Positions 26,163-35,335 of a stretch of DNA of 64,000 nucleotides are shown here, piece after piece. Positions within the stretch are counted from its first letter, which is position 1; each line of letters begins with the position of its first letter. The stretch lies in contig CAVUWG010000003.1 in assembly GCA_963745295.1 (NCBI GenBank), forward strand, positions 611,706-675,705. The letters are read 5' to 3'. The notes under the pieces were generated by a model. That model saw only the letters and a list, made by a program, of their open reading frames with translations. It was not told where the DNA came from and made no database searches. Origin of the DNA: an uncultured Chloroflexia bacterium (GTDB lineage: Bacteria > Chloroflexota > Limnocylindria > Limnocylindrales > CSP1-4). The translations under genes and the position numbers were made by a program.

Positions 26163-26758
26163 TCAGTGGCGGCCGTTCGCGCGGCCTCTGGCCGCCGGTG
26201 TAGTCGCCGCCGACGATCGGCTCGATGAGGCCGTAGCCGCCGTCGTTCCGCGCGTACAGGATCGCGACCTGCTCGTTCTCGGCGTTGACGAAGACGAAGA
26301 AGTCGGTGGCCGAGCTCCTCCATCGCGGTGATGGCGTCCTCCTCGAACATCGGCTCGATGGCGAAGCGCTTGCTCTTGACGACCCGCGACACCTGCGGCG
26401 CCTCGACCGTCCCGTCGGCGACCCGCCGGAGGATGGCCTTCTCCTGCGTCGGGCGGGCGCGCAGGCGCGGCCGCTCCTTGTGCGAGACGGCCTGCCGCTC
26501 GACCTTGTCGACGACGGTGTCGAGGGCGGCCTGGTAGCTCGAACCGGACGCGTGGCTGTGCATGGTCTGGCCATTCACGACCAGCGCGACCTCGACGATG
26601 TGGGCGTCCGACGCGCTCCGGTGGTGTTCGTTGGAGAGCTCGACGATCGCGTCCGTCCGATCGTCCACGAGCCGCGCGATGTGCCCGAGCTTTCGCTCCG
26701 CGTAGGCGCGGACTCGCTCGGGGACCTCGACGTTCTTGCCCTTGACGATGGTTCGCAC
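26163..26758 (-). CDS. hpf: Ribosome hibernation promoting factor, long form (frameshift near 26308)
   Basis: IVKGKNVEV, YQAALDTVVDKVERQ, PMFEEDAITAMEELGH and FFVFVNAE...YGLIEP motifs. Confidence 0.92.
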
Positions 26759-26839
26759 GCGTCACCTCCCGAAGGGCCGAGTGCCAGACCCGAGTATAGT
26801 CCGGCCGGACCTCCGACCCCGGCCCGGCCCATCAGGAGG

Positions 26840-27517
26840 TCAGCGTTCGCGGGCCACGGTGATCGCGGAGACGGCCGCGGCGCCACCGTCGAGGAGGACC
26901 GCCGCGCAGGCGGAGAGCGTGGCGCCGGTCGTCATGACGTCGTCGACCAGGACCACCCAACGGCCGCGGACCGGTTCGAAGGCGTCACCCGTTCGCGGGC
27001 GAAACGCCCCCGCGACGTTGGACGCCCGGGCTCGCCGATCCAGCTGGAACTGGGCGGTGGTCGCTTGCCAGCGCTCGAGGGCGTCGATCACGGGCGATCC
27101 GAGCGCGGTGCCCGCCGCCGCGGCCAGCAGGACGGCCTGGTCGTAGCCGCGTTGGGCGGCCCGGTCGCGATGGACCGGCACCGGCACGAGGATGTCGCCA
27201 CCGGCTCCGGCTCGCGTCCAGCGCCGCGCGACGGCCTCGCCGAGCGGTCCGGCCAGACGGCGCTCGCCGCTGTACTTGAGCTGGTGCAGCGCATCACGGA
27301 CGACGCCGCTGAACGGCGCGCACCATTCCAGCTGGAGGAGGCCATCGGGCAGGTCCGCCGGCAGGCCGAGCGGCACCCCGGGCGGCAGGTCGAGCCGGGC
27401 ATCGAGGCCGGGCCGGCAGGCGGCGCAGATCGGCTCGCCTTCCCGGCCGCAACCGGCGCACGACGCCGGGAACGCGAGATCGAGCGCCCGTGCAGCGAAC
27501 TGCCCGATGACCGACAT
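26840..27517 (-). CDS. comF: ComF/ComFC family competence protein (zinc ribbon + PRTase)
   Basis: CAGC...CAAC, LVPVPVH, RGYDQA and VLVDDVMTTGATL motifs. Confidence 0.92.
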   Translation of the reverse strand: MSVIGQFAARALDLAFPASCAGCGREGEPICAACRPGLDARLDLPPGVPLGLPADLPDGLLQLEWCAPFSGVVRDALHQLKYSGERRLAGPLGEAVARRWTRAGAGGDILVPVPVHRDRAAQRGYDQAVLLAAAAGTALGSPVIDALERWQATTAQFQLDRRARASNVAGAFRPRTGDAFEPVRGRWVVLVDDVMTTGATLSACAAVLLDGGAAAVSAITVARER

Positions 27518-27574
27518 CGTCCGATCATCGGCCGGGCCGGTTGACCGGGGCTTACGCGGGCGCCTGAAGCCCCC

Positions 27575-27994
27575 TCAGGAGGTGGCGGGCCCGTCCAGGG
27601 CGATCACGTCGCCGACGAGCGTGCCGGAACGTTCGATCGTGCCCACCGGGAGCTCGAGGACCCCGTGGGCGCCGCGAACCAGGGGCACGAGCCCCGTCCA
27701 AGTCCGGAGCGCGGGACGGACGGCGACGACACGGCGAGACCCGCCGTCGGCGGCATCGGGTCGGTCGACGAAGACGGCATCGATCGGGAAGCGCATGAAC
27801 ATCATGTGGATGCCGTTGCTGTCGGGCAGCCACAGGCCGGCGTCGGGGGCAAGCGATGCTCGCCCCATCAGGCCCATGAACTTGCCCCACAGGCTCGCGG
27901 CGACCTCCAGCCGGGCGGCCAGGGTGGTCCCGCGCGTGACGTTCCGGGCGACCAGCTCGGTCGCCCGGGTGTCCGGTGCCGTGTCCGTGGTCAG
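27575..27994 (-). CDS. DUF192 family protein (start uncertain)
   Basis: GLMGR, IHMMFMRFPIDAVFVD and VLELPVG motifs. Confidence 0.85.
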   Translation of the reverse strand: MTTDTAPDTRATELVARNVTRGTTLAARLEVAASLWGKFMGLMGRASLAPDAGLWLPDSNGIHMMFMRFPIDAVFVDRPDAADGGSRRVVAVRPALRTWTGLVPLVRGAHGVLELPVGTIERSGTLVGDVIALDGPATS

Positions 27995-28923
27995 ATCGTC
28001 AGGTTCTGGATGATCAGGATGATGGCCGGGCCAAGGATCACGATGAACAGCGACGGGAAGATGCAACCGACGAGCGGGAACAGCATCTTGATCGGCGCCT
28101 TGGCCGCCATCTCCTCAGCCCGCTGGCGCCGCTCGATGCGAAGCTGCTCGGACTGGACCTGGAGCACCTTGGAGATCGACACGCCCAACTGCTCGGCCTG
28201 GATGATCGCGCCGATGAAGTTGGTCAGCGGCTGGACCTCGGTCCTGGGCACGATGTCCCGGAGGGCTTCGCGCCGCGCCTTGCCGACGCGGACCTCGGCC
28301 AGTGCCCGTCGGAACTCGTCGGACAGCGGACCCTTCAGCTTCTCGACGACGCGTCCGAGCGCCGCATCGAAGCCGAGACCGGCTCGCACGGAGATCGTCA
28401 GCAGGTCGAGCGAGTCCGGGATCATCATCAGGATGGCCTTCTGGCGCTTGCGCACCCGGCCACCCAGCCAGAACTCCGGCGCCGTATAGCCGAAGGCCAC
28501 GCCGACAAGCGCCAGGACGAACCCGACGGGGACCGGGAACCCGAGGACCCCGACCACGACGAACAGCAGGAAGAAGATGATGCCGCCGATGATGGCGCCG
28601 AGGGCCTTGATGCCGAGCCAGTCGGCGACGCGAAGTTCGCCGGGGTTGCCGGCCAGGGCCAGGCGTTTCTCGGTGCGATCCGAGAACGACGTGCTGGTGA
28701 CCCGCGCGACGCTGTTCGACAGCCGTGCCGCCAGCGGGCGCAGGGTCCGCTCGATGAACGGAGCCTGGAGCTCGAGTTCCTCGAGGTTCTTGGCCTGCAT
28801 CGACCCGAGCTGGGTGAGGCGGGCCTGGACCGGGTCGACCGGCGAGTTGCCGGCGAGCCCGATGAAGATGAGCAGGATGGCGCCGGCCGCGACGGCCGCG
28901 ATGATGATGGGGAGGATAGGCAT
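27991..28923 (-). CDS. tadC: Tad pilus platform protein TadC (T2SS F family)
   Basis: PDSLDLLTISVRAGLGFD and RRQRAEEMAAKAPIKMLFPL motifs. Confidence 0.92.
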   Translation of the reverse strand: MPILPIIIAAVAAGAILLIFIGLAGNSPVDPVQARLTQLGSMQAKNLEELELQAPFIERTLRPLAARLSNSVARVTSTSFSDRTEKRLALAGNPGELRVADWLGIKALGAIIGGIIFFLLFVVVGVLGFPVPVGFVLALVGVAFGYTAPEFWLGGRVRKRQKAILMMIPDSLDLLTISVRAGLGFDAALGRVVEKLKGPLSDEFRRALAEVRVGKARREALRDIVPRTEVQPLTNFIGAIIQAEQLGVSISKVLQVQSEQLRIERRQRAEEMAAKAPIKMLFPLVGCIFPSLFIVILGPAIILIIQNLTI

Positions 28924-28927
28924 CGGG

Positions 28928-29935
28928 CTAGACCTCGATGTCGACGATCTTGCGGATGATCATGAAGCCGATGAACATCATGAATCCACCAAGAAGCAGG
29001 ATGATGACGCCGCCCGGCAGGCCAAGGACCTCGGGTGGCTTCGTGAACATGGGCGACATGAAGTCCGGGGCGGCGATGAAGAGGAAGCCGGCCAGGCCGA
29101 TCGGCAGGAAGCCGACGACGTAGCCGGACAGCCGCTGCTGCGCCGTGAGGGTCCGGATCTCGCCCTTGATGCGGACGCGCTCACGGATGGTGAACGCGAT
29201 CGAGTCGAGGATCTCGGCGAGGTTGCCGCCGACCTGGTGCTGGATCGAGATGGCCGTGGCCATCAGCTCGAGGTCGTCGGAGCGCACGCGGCGGACCATG
29301 TTCTCGAGCGCCTGATCGAACGGCAGGCCCAGGTTCACCTCGCGGATGACCCGGCCGAACTCCGTGGAGATCGGCGGGCGCGACTCGCGGACGACCAGTT
29401 CGATGGCCTGCAGGAAGGACGAACCGGCGCGCAGCGCGTTCGCGATCAAGGTGATCGTGTCCGGGAGCTGCTTGTTGAACGCCCCGAGGCGTCCGTTCCG
29501 GCGGCGAGCGAGCCAGAAGCGCGGGATGAAGAAGCCGACGAGGCCGCCGATCAGCAGGAAGAGCGGATTGCCCAGCGTCGGCAGCACCACCGACAAGAGG
29601 AGCATCGCGATCGGCACGCCGACGATGCAGCCGGCCCAGATGAGCAGGTATTCCGATGGCTTGAGCTTGAGGTCGGCACGGGCGATCTCGCGCTGCAGGT
29701 TCGCGCCGAAGTCACGATTCTCGACGACCTTGTTCAGGCTCGCGAGCGTCGCGCTCTGCGTGATCATGTCCGCGATGGCGCCTTGGCCGCTGGGAGCGGC
29801 CTTGGCCGGGCGATTCGACGCGTAGCGCTCGAGGCGGTCGGAGATTCCCGATCCGCCCGAGGTGGCGACGCCGACCGCGATCAACAGGATCGCCAAAGCG
29901 GCGACTCCGGCGATCGCGAGCGTCATGGTATCCAC
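28928..29935 (-). CDS. tadB: Tad pilus platform protein TadB
   Basis: QLPDTITLIANALRAG, VGGNLAEILD and EIRTLTAQQRLS motifs. Confidence 0.92.
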   Translation of the reverse strand: MDTMTLAIAGVAALAILLIAVGVATSGGSGISDRLERYASNRPAKAAPSGQGAIADMITQSATLASLNKVVENRDFGANLQREIARADLKLKPSEYLLIWAGCIVGVPIAMLLLSVVLPTLGNPLFLLIGGLVGFFIPRFWLARRRNGRLGAFNKQLPDTITLIANALRAGSSFLQAIELVVRESRPPISTEFGRVIREVNLGLPFDQALENMVRRVRSDDLELMATAISIQHQVGGNLAEILDSIAFTIRERVRIKGEIRTLTAQQRLSGYVVGFLPIGLAGFLFIAAPDFMSPMFTKPPEVLGLPGGVIILLLGGFMMFIGFMIIRKIVDIEV

Positions 29936-29956
29936 GGGCGTGACTCCTTCCGCGGG

Positions 29957-31366
29957 CTAGTAGCTGAAGCCGAAGAGGCCTGGCGGCAGGTTGATGCCCA
30001 TGACCTCGAACTTCTCGACGAACTTGGGCCGGATGCCGGTCGCCTTGAGCCGGCCCTGGATCTTGCCCTCGACGACGCCCGTCTGTTCGAAGACGAACAC
30101 GTCCTGCATGACGATCACATCACCCTCCATGCCCTGGACCTCGGTGATGTTGACGATCTTGCGAGTCCCGTCCTTGAGACGGCTCTGCTGGACGATGAGG
30201 TCGACGGCCGAGGCGACCTGCTCGCGGATCGCCCGCAGGGGCAGATCCACGCCGGCCATCAGGACCATCGTCTCGAGGCGCGACAGCATGTCGCGTGGGC
30301 TGTTGGCGTGACCGGTCGACATCGAGCCGTCATGGCCGGTGTTCATGGCCTGGAGCATGTCCAGGGCCTCACCGGAACGACACTCTCCGACGATGATCCG
30401 ATCGGGCCGCATGCGCAGGGCGTTGCGGACGAGCTCGCGGATCGGGACCGCGCCCTTGCCTTCGATGTTCGGCGGGCGGGACTCCAGCGTCACCACGTGC
30501 TCCTGGCGGAGCTGCAGCTCGGCGGCGTCCTCGATGGTCACGATGCGCTCGTCGTTCGGGATGAACGACGAGAGGACGTTCAGGGTCGTCGTCTTGCCCG
30601 AGCCGGTGCCGCCGGACACGAAGATGTTCAGGCGAGCTTCCACGCATGCGCGCAGGAAGTCGAACATGTCCGCGGTGGCCGTGCCGAACCGGATCAGGTC
30701 GTCGACGGTGAACGGCGACGCCGAGAACTTGCGGATGGTGATGACCGGGCCGACCAATGACAGCGGCGGGATGATTGCGTTGACGCGGGAGCCGTCGGTG
30801 AGGCGGGCGTCGACCATCGGGCTCGACTCGTCGACCCGGCGACCGATCGGCGCGATGATCCGGTCGATGATGCGCATGACGTGGTCGTCGTTCTGGAAGA
30901 CGACGTTGGTCAGCTCAAGCTTGCCGGATCGCTCGATGTAGACCTGGCGCGGGCCGTTCACCATGATCTCGGTGATCGACTCGTCCCGGAGCAGCGGCTC
31001 CAACGGCCCGAGGCCGATGATCTCGTCGGTGATCTGCTCCAGCATCCGGACGCGCTCGGCACGGGTCAGGGCGAGGCCTTCCTCGTCGATGACCTTGCCG
31101 AAGATCTCCTCGATCTGGCGCCGGACCTCGACCTGGTTGGACAGGTCGAGCTTCGGATCCAGGTCCTGGATGACCCGGTTCTGGATCCGGAACTTGACGT
31201 CCCGGAACGACTCGCGGACCGGCGCCTGGCTGGTCAGCCTCGGCGAGGTCGGCGTGGGCGGCGCACCACCCGGTGCGACCGGCAGGTTGGAGCCGGGAGC
31301 GCCCGGCGCAGCTTCGGGTCCCGTGGACCCCGGTCGAGCGCTCTCGATCCGCTTCAAGAGGGACAT
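29957..31366 (-). CDS. cpaF: Tad pilus assembly ATPase CpaF/TadA
   Basis: GGTGSGKTT, TIEDAAEL, ALRMRPDRIIVGE and MNTGHDG motifs. Confidence 0.96.
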   Translation of the reverse strand: MSLLKRIESARPGSTGPEAAPGAPGSNLPVAPGGAPPTPTSPRLTSQAPVRESFRDVKFRIQNRVIQDLDPKLDLSNQVEVRRQIEEIFGKVIDEEGLALTRAERVRMLEQITDEIIGLGPLEPLLRDESITEIMVNGPRQVYIERSGKLELTNVVFQNDDHVMRIIDRIIAPIGRRVDESSPMVDARLTDGSRVNAIIPPLSLVGPVITIRKFSASPFTVDDLIRFGTATADMFDFLRACVEARLNIFVSGGTGSGKTTTLNVLSSFIPNDERIVTIEDAAELQLRQEHVVTLESRPPNIEGKGAVPIRELVRNALRMRPDRIIVGECRSGEALDMLQAMNTGHDGSMSTGHANSPRDMLSRLETMVLMAGVDLPLRAIREQVASAVDLIVQQSRLKDGTRKIVNITEVQGMEGDVIVMQDVFVFEQTGVVEGKIQGRLKATGIRPKFVEKFEVMGINLPPGLFGFSY

Positions 31367-31411
31367 TCGACTACACCCCTTTTCGCCCCGAGGGGCTCAC
31401 TACGGCCGTGT

Positions 31412-32674
31412 TCATCGCCACGCGAACAGGGATTTCTTCTGGGTGGACTTCTGACTGGTTTCCCCGGCGGGGGCGCTCGTTCGCTCGCCAGTGACCGACC
31501 GCGCGAGGCGGAGGATGTCCTGGGAGACCTGCGCCTCCTTGTTTGACAGGTAGAACGGTACTCCTCGATTGAGCGCATAGACGACGCTGCGACCGTCGCT
31601 GACGATCGTCTCGTCGACCTTGCGGCCGATCGATTGTTCGACGTCCGCGACGCGGATGCCCAGCGCTGAGTCGGCGCGATTGAGGATCAGGCGGACCTTT
31701 CCCGTCTCGTATCCGAGCTGTTGGGCGACCTCCAGGAAGAGGCGCATGTTCTTGATACTGGTGATTTCGAGACTGAGCATCGTCAGGATCACATCGGCGA
31801 TATCGAGGATCGCCAGCGTGGTGTCGTTGAAGAACGCGGTGCAATCCACCACGACGAGGTCGTGGTTCCGCCGGAGCGTCTCCAGGACCTTGCGGACGGC
31901 GGCCGGCGTGATCAGCTCGGCCGTCTCGGGAGTCGGCGGGGCCAGCAGGACCCGGACTCCGGAGGTGTGGTCGATGACGAACATGTCGAGCGAGTCGAGC
32001 TCGTTCGCCTCGAGTTGCGGCAGCAGGTCGGCGATCGACTTGCTCTTCGGATTCAGGTTGAGCAGGACCCCGACGTCGCCGAACTGGAACGACGCATCGA
32101 CGAGCACGACCTTCTTGCCGAGGTCGGTGGCCGCGGCGACCGCCAGGTTGACCGCGACGGTCGTTCGACCGACGCCGCCCTTCGGGCTGAAGACCGCGAT
32201 GATCCGGCCCGGGTCGCCGCCGCCCTCGCCGCCCGATCCACCCGACCCCGAACCGGCCGCGGCGACCGGCACGGCCGCCATGCGGCTGGCCTTGTCGCGT
32301 TCGCGCGAGTGGACCTGTCGGATCGAGGCGGTCAGCTCGTCGCTGCTGAACGGCTTGACGAGGAACTCGCGGGCCCCGGCGAGCATGGATCGTCGGAGGT
32401 AGTCCGCTTCGCCCTGGACCGACATCATCACGACGGCCGCGGAGGGGAGGGTCGCGGCCATCTGTTCGGTGGCCGTGATGCCGTCCATGTCCGGCATGTT
32501 GATGTCCATCAGGATGATGTCGGGGGTGAGCTTGCCGGCCATGTCCAGCGCCTCGCGTCCGGACGAAGCGGCACCGACCACGTCGATGTCGCTCTCGAAG
32601 CTGAGCAGCTTCGTGAGGTGATCGCGGGTCTCGGGGATGTCGTCTACGACGAGGACGCGGATCTGGTCGGCCAT
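31412..32674 (-). CDS. cpaE: CpaE/TadZ pilus localisation protein: receiver domain + MinD/ParA ATPase
   Basis: Receiver with VVDD, LMD, MMS and VKP; deviant Walker A KGGVGRT. Confidence 0.9.
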   Translation of the reverse strand: MADQIRVLVVDDIPETRDHLTKLLSFESDIDVVGAASSGREALDMAGKLTPDIILMDINMPDMDGITATEQMAATLPSAAVVMMSVQGEADYLRRSMLAGAREFLVKPFSSDELTASIRQVHSRERDKASRMAAVPVAAAGSGSGGSGGEGGGDPGRIIAVFSPKGGVGRTTVAVNLAVAAATDLGKKVVLVDASFQFGDVGVLLNLNPKSKSIADLLPQLEANELDSLDMFVIDHTSGVRVLLAPPTPETAELITPAAVRKVLETLRRNHDLVVVDCTAFFNDTTLAILDIADVILTMLSLEITSIKNMRLFLEVAQQLGYETGKVRLILNRADSALGIRVADVEQSIGRKVDETIVSDGRSVVYALNRGVPFYLSNKEAQVSQDILRLARSVTGERTSAPAGETSQKSTQKKSLFAWR

Positions 32675-32702
32675 CTCGCTCTGATCTTGTACTTCGATAG
32701 GT

Positions 32703-32773
32703 GACCGGTCCGAGGACCGGTCGGTGAGGCCGGGACTACGACGGGCGCGGGACCTTGTGGGTCCGCCGCGCCC
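32703..32773. other. Two hairpins in the cpaB-cpaE spacer
   Basis: GACCGGTCC-GA-GGACCGGTC (32703-32722) and an imperfect GGGCGCGGGACC...GGTCCGCCGCGCCC (32743-32773). Confidence 0.45.
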
Positions 32774-32826
32774 GCCGCGTCTGGGCTTGCTTGTCTCAGC
32801 TCGGCCGACGCTCGGCCGCGCGGGGG

Positions 32827-33729
32827 TTACGGATTGGCGGGGGTCACGGTCTCGACGACTTCCGGCGGGACGACCCCGTAGGTGTCGACGAGGGTCTTGA
32901 GGTTGACGCCGGTCGTCGTGTTCGGGAGCGGCACGACGGCCTCGTTGGTGGTCGGATCGATGAAGTCGTCCGGTGACCGCAGGATCAGGGTGATCGAGGA
33001 GTCCAGCTGGGCGAACTTGATGACTTCGGCCTGCTGGGCATCGACCGCGAGGATCACGATCTGCTGCTGGCCCGTGAGGGCCGTGCCCGGCTGCGACGGC
33101 GTGCCGCCGGTGTCGGTGCCGCTGCCGTCGTCGGTGGTGGTGGTCGACGCGTCCGGCGGCAACAGCGTGCCCAGGACCTGCATGCCCTGCAGCAGGATCT
33201 TGACGCTCGTGCTGTTGAGGCCGCTGACGACGGTGACCGAGTCATCGGCCGGGTTGACCGTGATGACCGGGAACTTGTCGCCGGTGACGCCCGAGATCAG
33301 GTCCACGTAGTCGCCGGTCTTGATGACCGTGCCGACACCGGTGACCTGGTCGACCTGGACGGCGACGGCACGAAGGCCGGGCGGCGTCACGATGTCGAGG
33401 ATCTCGCCCTGGGCCCCGCCCGTGATGGTGGTCGAGGTGATCTGGGCGCCGGTGGCGACCGGCTCACGCGCGATCTTGCCGACGACCTGGGAGGTCTCCG
33501 AGAAGGCGCCCGGGAGGATCCCGTCCAGCGGGAGCTCCGTCCGCGTCAGCGAGGACGCTTCGATCCGCGAGGACAACGGGATGTCGGTCGTCGCGATGAG
33601 GACGAATCCGGTGGTCGGCGGCTTGTTCGACGTGTCGCTCGGCTGCCGCACGAGCAGGAGGATCCCGACGAACGCGATGACCGCGAGGAAGACCCCGACG
33701 AGCAGGACCAGACGATTAGAGCGCTTCAA
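32827..33729 (-). CDS. cpaB: Flp pilus assembly protein CpaB/RcpC
   Basis: N-terminal TM, SAF-like domain, PGLRAVAVQVDQVTGVGTVIKTGDYVDL, LILRS; likely TTG start behind GGGGAG. Confidence 0.9.
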   Translation of the reverse strand: MKRSNRLVLLVGVFLAVIAFVGILLLVRQPSDTSNKPPTTGFVLIATTDIPLSSRIEASSLTRTELPLDGILPGAFSETSQVVGKIAREPVATGAQITSTTITGGAQGEILDIVTPPGLRAVAVQVDQVTGVGTVIKTGDYVDLISGVTGDKFPVITVNPADDSVTVVSGLNSTSVKILLQGMQVLGTLLPPDASTTTTDDGSGTDTGGTPSQPGTALTGQQQIVILAVDAQQAEVIKFAQLDSSITLILRSPDDFIDPTTNEAVVPLPNTTTGVNLKTLVDTYGVVPPEVVETVTPANP

Positions 33730-33936
33730 GTTGTTACTCCCCGAGAGGCTTGTGACAGGTGGCACCACTGTAGCACCGGCCATGAGGCTCGCGACTATAC
33801 GAAAGGCCTAGGACCATTAGGAGGAAACGGCAGGAATCCATGCGTGACGCAAGGTTTCCTGCAAGGTTCTTGTCGGGGTTCGCGCCGCCACACGAGGGTG
33901 GTGCGTGAGGGTGGTGTGCGGGTCCCTGAACATGTC

Positions 33937-33963
33937 GACAGCCCGCCATTTCGGCGGGCTGTC
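33937..33963 (-). terminator. Hairpin downstream of flp pilin 1
   Basis: GACAGCCCGCC-ATTTC-GGCGGGCTGTC, perfect 11-bp stem. Confidence 0.6.
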
Positions 33964-33992
33964 AGGTGACGGACAGTGGACGGTCGGGATCC

Positions 33993-34184
33993 CTATGGAC
34001 TTACCGAATCCAGCTGGCTGCCGATGACACTCAGCTTGTCGCTGACCTGGCTTCCCATGAAGATGAGGGCGACGATCGAGATGATGGCGATAAGGGCGAG
34101 GATAAGAGCATATTCGGCCAGGCCCTGGCCATCGACCTGACGGATTCGGTCGACGATCCGGACCAGACGCGGGTGCGCGGTCAT
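33993..34184 (-). CDS. flp: Flp family type IVb pilin (copy 1)
   Basis: G|QGLAEYALIL motif, hydrophobic helix, AAGGAGGT RBS. Confidence 0.92.
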   Translation of the reverse strand: MTAHPRLVRIVDRIRQVDGQGLAEYALILALIAIISIVALIFMGSQVSDKLSVIGSQLDSVSP

Positions 34185-34248
34185 CTTGGTACACCTCCTT
34201 TCCACGAGGCTCGCTAGCGGGCACCGACCACCCGTGGCCGGTCGCTCC

Positions 34249-34276
34249 ACCATAGGTCGAGGGGGGTAGGTGTCAA
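34249..34276 (-). promoter_or_regulatory. Sigma70-type promoter of flp copy 1
   Basis: TTGACA-N16-TATGGT on the minus strand. Confidence 0.7.
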
Positions 34277-34323
34277 TAGCCCGAAGGTTGGCCCTGTGGA
34301 CGTGCGCGCACCACAACAGAGAA

Positions 34324-34351
34324 AGGCCGCCGAGCCTGGGGCTGGCGGCCT
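34324..34351 (-). terminator. Intrinsic terminator after flp copy 2
   Basis: AGGCCGCC...GGCGGCCT stem followed by TTCTCTGTT on the minus strand. Confidence 0.6.
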
Positions 34352-34373
34352 CGCTGGTCTGGGGAACGCGACA

Positions 34374-34541
34374 CTAGATCGAGTCGCCGACCGTGCTGAT
34401 GATCGTGCTGACCTGGGTGCCGAGGAAGATGAGGGCCACGATCGCGACGATCGCGATCAGAGCGAGGATCAGCGCGTATTCGGCGAGACCCTGGCCGTCT
34501 TCTCGGCGGAAGGACGAGATGAGAGCATGCATCGAGGACAT
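34374..34541 (-). CDS. flp: Flp family type IVb pilin (copy 2)
   Basis: MSSMHALISSFRREDG|QGLAEYALILALIAIVAIVALIFLGTQVSTIISTVGDSI; GAGGAGGT RBS. Confidence 0.93.
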   Translation of the reverse strand: MSSMHALISSFRREDGQGLAEYALILALIAIVAIVALIFLGTQVSTIISTVGDSI

Positions 34542-34600
34542 CTGTCTGGGGTACCTCCTCTCTGGGGGACTCCACGAGCGCGGGGCTCGTGGGACGTGCC

Positions 34601-34630
34601 ACGGTACGGGTGGTTCCCGATGGCTGTCAA
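34601..34630 (-). promoter_or_regulatory. Sigma70-type promoter of flp copy 2
   Basis: TTGACA-N18-TACCGT on the minus strand. Confidence 0.6.
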
Positions 34631-34763
34631 ACACCCACCGATCCGGGTCCGGCCCGCCGGCCTCGAGCCGGCCGCGTCCCCACGCCTGGACCGCCGCGAC
34701 CAGCTGCTGTCGGGTGCTCGGCCGGGCCCTCGACCGGGCGGCGGCACCCAGGACGCACAACGA

Positions 34764-34797
34764 AAGACCGCCGGGCCTCGAGAGGCCCGGCGGTCTT
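34764..34797 (-). terminator. Intrinsic terminator after flp copy 3
   Basis: AAGACCGCCGGGCCT-CGAG-AGGCCCGGCGGTCTT, perfect 15-bp stem. Confidence 0.75.
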
Positions 34798-34822
34798 GGT
34801 TTCGATCCGTGAGGACCGACGA

Positions 34823-34993
34823 CTAGATCGAGTCGCCGACCGTGCTCAGGATGGTGCTGACCTGTCCGCCGAGGAAGATCAGGGCGACGATCGCGACGAT
34901 CGCGATAAGGGCGAGGATCAACGCATACTCGGCGAGACCCTGGCCTTCCTCGTCCCGGCGAAGGGAAGCGAGGAACGAAGTAAAGAGCGCCAT
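34823..34993 (-). CDS. flp: Flp family type IVb pilin (copy 3)
   Basis: MALFTSFLASLRRDEEG|QGLAEYALIL...STVGDSI; AGGAGG RBS; TATAGT -10 at 35044-35049. Confidence 0.93.
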   Translation of the reverse strand: MALFTSFLASLRRDEEGQGLAEYALILALIAIVAIVALIFLGGQVSTILSTVGDSI

Positions 34994-35166
34994 GTGGCAG
35001 CCTCCTGGATGAGTACTCACCCTCGAAATCTGAGGGCTTCCCCACTATATGGAGGGCCGCTTCGGGAAAGCACTAGCACGATGGTACCGAACGTGCCCGG
35101 ACTTCCCGGACGGGCGTCTGTTGCTCGCACGCCACGTTCGCGCTCGGTTCGGGTCCGGGCCCCGTC

Positions 35167-35334
35167 TCAGGTCCCGCCCGTGGCCGCGTCGATGGCCTCG
35201 CCGATCGTGGCGAGGACGTCCGCCACGGTCCCGCCGAAGACGCCCAGGATGATGATCGTGAACACGACCGTCAGGGCGAGGATCAGTCCATATTCGACGA
35301 GGCCCTGACCGCGGATGCCAGGCACGCGGCCCAC
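35167..35334 (-). CDS. Divergent Flp family pilin (copy 4; absent from the ORF track)
   Basis: Manual translation: MGRVPGIRG|QGLVEYGLILALTVVFTIIILGVFGGTVADVLATIGEAIDAATGGT*. Confidence 0.85.
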   Translation of the reverse strand: MGRVPGIRGQGLVEYGLILALTVVFTIIILGVFGGTVADVLATIGEAIDAATGGT

Positions 35335-35335
35335 G

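Noticed and set aside
34374-34946. CRISPR-like or mobile-element repeats
   Set aside because: The repeated sequence is the coding region of duplicated flp genes. There is no spacer structure, cas gene or transposase.
33840-35160. c-di-GMP riboswitches in the pilin spacers
   Set aside because: The hairpins are explained as terminators or 5' stems, and I could not find a GEMM consensus by eye.
27991-35334. Incomplete Tad system (no secretin, TadV or TadE/G)
   Set aside because: A secretin is not expected in a monoderm, and the peptidase and minor pilins are often encoded elsewhere; this cannot be judged from one window.
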